DNA of 64,000 nucleotides from Setoptus koraiensis (Eukaryota; Animalia; Arthropoda): NCBI GenBank assembly GCA_048013815.1, contig CM106586.1, positions 19,592,001 to 19,656,000 of the forward strand, read 5' to 3'. Shown piece by piece: positions 58,366 to 64,000 of this stretch (position 1 is its first letter; each line of letters starts with the position of its first letter). The notes under the pieces were generated by a model. It saw only the letters and a program-made list of their open reading frames with translations, ran no database searches and was not told where the DNA came from. The position numbers and the translations under genes were made by a program.

Positions 58366-61300
58366 GCGCCGAGCGGGCGCCCCACGGTCGCGCCCCGACC
58401 GGCAAATGGCGCCCGTTCGCCCGTCCCATTTCGCAATGCCGGAGCCAGCGGTGGCCTCGCAAGCGGCAATTCATGAATGGGCAGTTGTGAGTGGGCATGC
58501 GATTAATGGCGCAAGCATGATGAAAAGATGCCATTGCCGGCGCGCAAAATGCACTTGTCATGTGGCATGGGCAGCAACAGGTCCGTTTAGTGCGGCGTAA
58601 TTACTATTTATCCGCCATTATTCATTATTTATCGTCCGACGGTCGGGCCGCGACGGCAAGTTGCGCCGCGCTAATGCCACGGCGAGAAACGACAAGAGGC
58701 CGTTGCGTGATCAAAACAATCTGTGCGCACTTAATCCCTCGGCCGGTCATTTGCGGCCCGGCGAGCCGCGGCAAACTGCGCCGAGCTCCGGCGCCAGCAC
58801 CAGCGCAAATGGCAAAGAGCGACAGGCACTCAGAAATGGATAGAGCTCTGGCGCAAAATTACGTAATGGCGTTGCGGCGACAGCGACACTGGCGCGCCAA
58901 TTGCGTGTGTGGGAACCCACGGCTGGACGCTTTCGCTGCCGCGCCGGTCTCTGGCCGGTTTCGGGCTGAAACTTTCGGCCGGAGCCGGCCGCATGAGCGC
59001 TAAATGATTATGCGCGGCTGTATCAGCTATTTCTGGCTGGTTGTTGCGCGCTCAGCAGAGGCATAAATAGTGATAATAATAATAAATTCTCGCGCAACCA
59101 TTATAGTGCGCCGAGCCGGGCCGGGCCGGGCCGGCGATCAATTTAAGGCTCGACGCGAATGCAAACACCGAATGGCCTGCCATTTAGCTGCATCATCGGC
59201 CGTTTCGGAGGGCATCGGCACGGCAAAAACGTTGCCAGCTATCACATTGGCCTAAACGGCGCAATTTGTGCTGCTGCGAATGCCGGCGAGCGACTTTTGC
59301 CGAGTTGGCAGCGACCGGCTCGCCGAGCCACTGTTGCCGGGTTCGCAAACGAAACGGTGTGCTGGCCGGGCCGGCCGCGTCACACCGGCCCGGCGCAGCC
59401 GATTGGCGGGGTCATTCCGTTTAAGTGTCGGGCCACGTTCCAGCCGCCACCGATCGCCGGCGTCTCGCCGAACAGTATGGCCACTGACCGCTCTTGGCGC
59501 TGCAGCTCGCCCTCGGAATGAGTGGCGTCGCCGGCGGAACCGGCCGATCGCGCCGCACTCAGCCGGCATCCGAGCGCCGAAAATTGTCGCGCCGCGCCGA
59601 AAATCGCCGACAGGGGGCCGGCAAAACGAACCCGGCCGGGCGGCCCGTTCGGAAAGAGTTCGCCCGTTAGCGTCTGGCGACACTGTGGAAATAAACGCCG
59701 ACCTTGCGACGGCGACAATTCGCAGCCGATTCGTTGTGCGCCGCCGCAGAATTGTCGGCTGCCGAGCTCGCCAAAACGGATCGCGTGAACGCACACACAA
59801 ACGCACACTCTAATGGCCAGTTGGGCAATTGGGAATTTATCCGAATTGCCGAATGGCCATTACGTAAACGGCGTCGGCGCCGGCGCAACCGCTGACACAG
59901 ATAGATAGAGATATCTGCTGGTCGTCGACCTCGGCCGGCGCTGTCGGTTGTCGAACGGCCGTCACTTCGGCCATCGAATGCCGTCGCTTCGGCCGTCGAA
60001 CGGCCGGCGCGAATTGTCGACACTCACACAGCCTGTGTGTCATAGGCGTGATGCAACAAATTCGTCAAGTTCGATTGAGCCGTCGCGACAGGTGAAGTGA
60101 CAGGTGAAGCGACAGGTGAAGCGACGGCAGCGCTGGCTGTGGCTGGCGCCGCAGTGTTGCCATTGACAACTTGTTGCTGTCGGCCGGACAGTGTCGCATT
60201 GGTATTTTGTGTGTGTTTTGTTGGAAAGTGTCTCATTGTGTGTTTGTGTGTGTGTGCGTCGTCTCGGTGTTTGTGTGTGTGTGTGTGTGTCGTATTCCGA
60301 CAGCCGGACGGCGGCGTTGCGATGCGCCGTCCGACAATCAGCGAGTCGAGATGCGTAAAAAGACGCGCCTAAATAGGGCCTAATGGCGCCACCGGTGGCG
60401 CCGATTCGGCGTAAGCGGTCTGACTCGACTTGAACCCGGCGGCCGCAAACGAGCCCGGGATGCGCCGCCAATTGCCGGTGGCCGGCGGCCGGTGGCGGAT
60501 ATTTGCGAGGTCACCAGCCAAGTGCAGCGAAACACATCGGCGGCCAGCGAGAGCGTGACGGTCACGTCGAAAAGTGACCATTAAACGCTCACGATGCTGA
60601 TGAGCGCACCGTCGAGTTGTTGACATTGTTGATGTCGTTGTTTGTGTCGTTGTTGTTGCTGTTGTTGTTGATGTTGGCTCTCGGTGGCCGCTTGTTTGCT
60701 CGTTTGGCCGCTCGATTGTTCGGCTGTTGGCCGTCGATTGGCGGGCGAGAAACGCGCGACGAGCAGCAAAACAAGCGACAATGGCCCGTCGCTCTGTTTA
60801 ATTAAGCAACAACAACAGCAACCACAACAAACAAAGACAACAACAACAACAAGTAAAAGCTCGCTCGCCTGTGTCTCTCACTGCGTTTCGCAGTGGCGAG
60901 TGTCGCCATTGTGTGACGCAACAAAGACACAATCCGGTAGAGATCGCCAGCGGGGCATTATTGATTTAGATTTGATCGCACAGCGACGCGCCTCGGACAA
61001 TGTGCGAGCTTCAATCAGTGAGCTGTTTGCGCGACGAGAACACTTGTCGTTGTCGAGCGACTCGCAGCTTGCGAGGGCTTGCGAACGCTCGAACAGAAGC
61101 TGCTATTATTATCGTCATTGTGTTGCATCAGCGACAGCGACGACAACAACAACGACAACGACAACAACAGCGACAATAATAGCGATCCTTTGTTCTTTGT
61201 CGACAATTTAGTAGTTGGCTGGCAAACAATAAATAAGCACACAAACAAAAGATTATATTAAGAGCCGGCCCGAGCGACGGGCACAGAAGCCGCCACTTGA

Positions 61301-63345
61301 GCCACTTGCCACGGCCGGCGCGACGGCCCGCGCTTGTGCCAGCCGATGCGACAGCCTGACCGGAAATGACCGGCCACACTGCCACCTGTCAAGTGCGATG
61401 ACAGTTGTTGCGCCGCTCGAGCCCACTATTTATGCCACCTATTTATACCTGTGTGGCTAGCACCAATTATGCTAGCCACAGCGCTGGCGATAGTGGCCCG
61501 AATGGCACTTTTGGCACGCTGGCCAGCCAAACAGAGACCTAAATACGGCTAAATCGGCCCCTGCGCAGCCAACAAAGCCAGCCTGTCTGGACAGAGCGAT
61601 AGAGAGAGAGAGCCTAAATAAACCTAAATAAAGTCGCTCATTGTGTCGGCGACGCGCTGACTCGGCACGGCAAACGCTGAGCAAACACTGACACGGCCGA
61701 CGCAAACAAAGAGATAATGTCCAGATAATTAATGCGCTAATTGGTTCATCTGTCCGCTGAACAGTCTGACAGTTGAAACAGTCTGACAGTTTAAACAGTC
61801 TGGCAGTTGAAACAGTCGGACGGGCGAACCGGCGCCGAGCCGGACAGCGACGCTCAAGCGAGAGTTGATTATCAAATTATCAGGCCAAGTTTGGTTTGAG
61901 CCGAGCGAGCGATAACGGCGAGCGGCCAATTGGGCCAGTGCACTCTACTGGCTTGCGTGAGTCCCGGCAGAGACAAGCGCCAAAACAAAGAGGATGCGGT
62001 CGCGTAAATTTAAATAATAAATAATCCGACACTTTTTTGTTTCTGGCTGGCACTTGTTGCAATTTGCAACGCCGCCAAGCGACACCAACAGCCGCCCACG
62101 CGACCCACAATGCGAGCGCACACATATGGCGTGTTTGTGCTCATCAGTGGCCAGTCATTGGGCGCGAAACAGGTGAGTCGGTCGCGTTCTCTTCTTTGCA
62201 ATTGTTGTTTTTGCAATGCAAAACGAATGCGCTCCGCCGTTGTGGGTTGCGCGCAACGACACAACAAAACGCACGACGGGCGTCGCCAGAAATTCTGATG
62301 CGCGTACTGGTCGCGTTCGTTCGAACTGGTCGCTCGAATCCGTCGCTCGAATTCGCCGTTTGCCCGGTTCGAATTCGTGTGCGAATTCGCACATTCGGAG
62401 CCGACGCTGCTCGAAGTTCGAAGCCGACGCCGCTCGAACTTGGCATCCGACGCTGTTCGTCCGCTCACCTTGGGCGTGCGCTGCGCACCTATCCCAACTG
62501 ACTGACTAACTGACCGGCTAATTACCGCCAATTGGGCTCTCGCTCGCGATTCGCTCAGCGGCAGCCGAATTTCAATGAATTTGCATTGCGCAACTCGCCG
62601 TTATTGCGCAATGCAAATTCTGACGAGCACGTGTGATGCTCACGGTCGTTAGCCGGTGGTCGCCCTGTTTCGCCGGGTCCCACACAATGTTTTGAGCGGA
62701 CGACGCCACAATTGGCAACTAACGCAACTTGTCGCTGCCGGTCGCCCGTCGTCATTGCCGTTGTTGCCGTCGTTGTTGCCATCGTCGTTGCCGTTGTTGT
62801 TGCCGTGATTGTCGTGGCTGCCGCTGAGCGGTGGCCATCCGAGACGGGCCGCATCGTGGGCCGGTCTCGGGTTTCGCCAAGTGGCGCCAGCGGCTGCTTG
62901 CTGTGAGCCAGTGAGAGTTTGTTTTCATCACCGAAATCACTATTGAGTGACCGGTGTGAACGCGCACCCACCTGCTCCGCTCGCAATCACTTTCGCCACG
63001 CTTGGCCAGCGGTGAGCACGGGCGAGCACCCGTAAACGGCCAACGGTGACCGGTGCAAGATGCAAGGTGCAAGGTGAGCGCTCAGCGGCAGGTGAGCGCG
63101 GACAGGAAGTGGGCCAGTCAATAATGATTAATTAATCAACATTGGACGGCTTATCGCCGCAGCGATCTTGCGCTCGGCGCCATTGTTTACCGCTACCGGT
63201 TGGAAAGTGCCCGACCGACACGGTGCGGTGCGTTGCGACACTCGGGTACGCCTTGCACCGTGCCGGGCACGACTACGCGAGCACTGCGCGAACCGTGCGA
63301 GTCACGCGGATACCCGACCGGCCGACTGCGCGAAAACCCGACCAG

Positions 63346-63463
63346 CCGAATATCCGAATATCCGAGTATCCGAATATCCGAATATCCGAGTATCCGAATA
63401 TCCGAATATCCGAATATCCGAATATCCGAATATCCGAATATCCGAATATCCGAATATCCGAAT
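63346..63463. repeat. 8-bp tandem array (CCGAATAT)n, ~15 copies with two CCGAGTAT variants
   Basis: Read directly from the sequence; source of the spurious YPNIRISE/IRIFGYSD ORFs. Confidence 0.92.
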
Positions 63464-64000
63464 GTGCGAGTGTGCGGGTATCCGAGCCGCCCAACGGACG
63501 GGACTGAGGCGGCGCCGGCCCGTCCGACAGGCGAGCCGAACTGGATGTCGCTGGAGCGGCGGCGAGCGCATCGCGTTCGAACGGCGCTCGATCGATCTGA
63601 TCTTTTATCTTTTTTATTGGCTATCATCAGTTACATCATTTATCCGGCCGCCGATAGTTGATTGGTGGGCGCGCATTTCGCTTTCGCTTGCCGGTCGCCG
63701 GTCGCCAGTTGCCGGTCGCCGGTGGCCGGTTGCCGATTGAATTGCAGTTAAAATCCTTGATATCAAAAGGCAGTGAGAGGGTCGCAAAAAACGCCAGACT
63801 CTCTCACAGGGACTTTTTTGGCTTGACTATTGCGTCAGTCGTAGTCGACATAAACGCATGCCGGTTGCGTAACAGAGCGCCACCGGCTCACGGGCGATGA
63901 GCGCTTAATAGCCTAATGGCGCCCTAATGGCAACGGCAACGATAACGCCAATACCAATGGTAATAGCAATGGTAATGGCGCCAGTCGCATTCATTAGTTG

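Noticed and set aside
52800-64000. Dozens of 60-190 aa ORFs, including the YPNIRISE repeat ORFs at 63168-63740
   Set aside because: They overlap in all six frames, derive from GC-rich low-complexity DNA and tandem repeats, and show no recognisable domains.
1-64000. tRNA, rRNA or other structured RNA genes
   Set aside because: None recognised by eye; a tRNAscan-SE or Infernal run would be needed to exclude them.

Overview
Eukaryotic, intron-containing arthropod DNA. The compact genome and extreme CAA/CAG-driven poly-Q/N/T coding stutter suggest a small acariform mite such as an eriophyoid; this is inference, not proven. Two large conserved genes converge tail-to-tail: a 13-exon PLEKHG7-like RhoGEF (678-16927, +) and a 10-exon CDH23-like cadherin with about 14 EC repeats (40300-52759, -). 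Between their 3' ends is a ~23 kb AT-richer, microsatellite-poor island of duplicated genes. It holds two paralogous secreted proteins, a 6-Cys secreted protein, three paralogous acidic coiled-coil secreted proteins interleaved with an intact clan-3 cytochrome P450 and two CYP 5' fragments, and a spliced cluster that the ORF track shows only in fragments. That cluster encodes SECRETED thioredoxin-fold proteins: four intact genes, five domains and two relics. Their active sites are diversified (CYHC, CQYC, CX5C twice, one with no Cys) and one gene is an in-frame two-domain fusion. The island looks like a rapidly evolving secreted-effector/detoxification locus built by tandem and inverted duplication. 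The region 52.8-64 kb is non-coding with many short minisatellites. All exon models were built by hand from GT..AG sites and reading-frame continuity. No database search was run.
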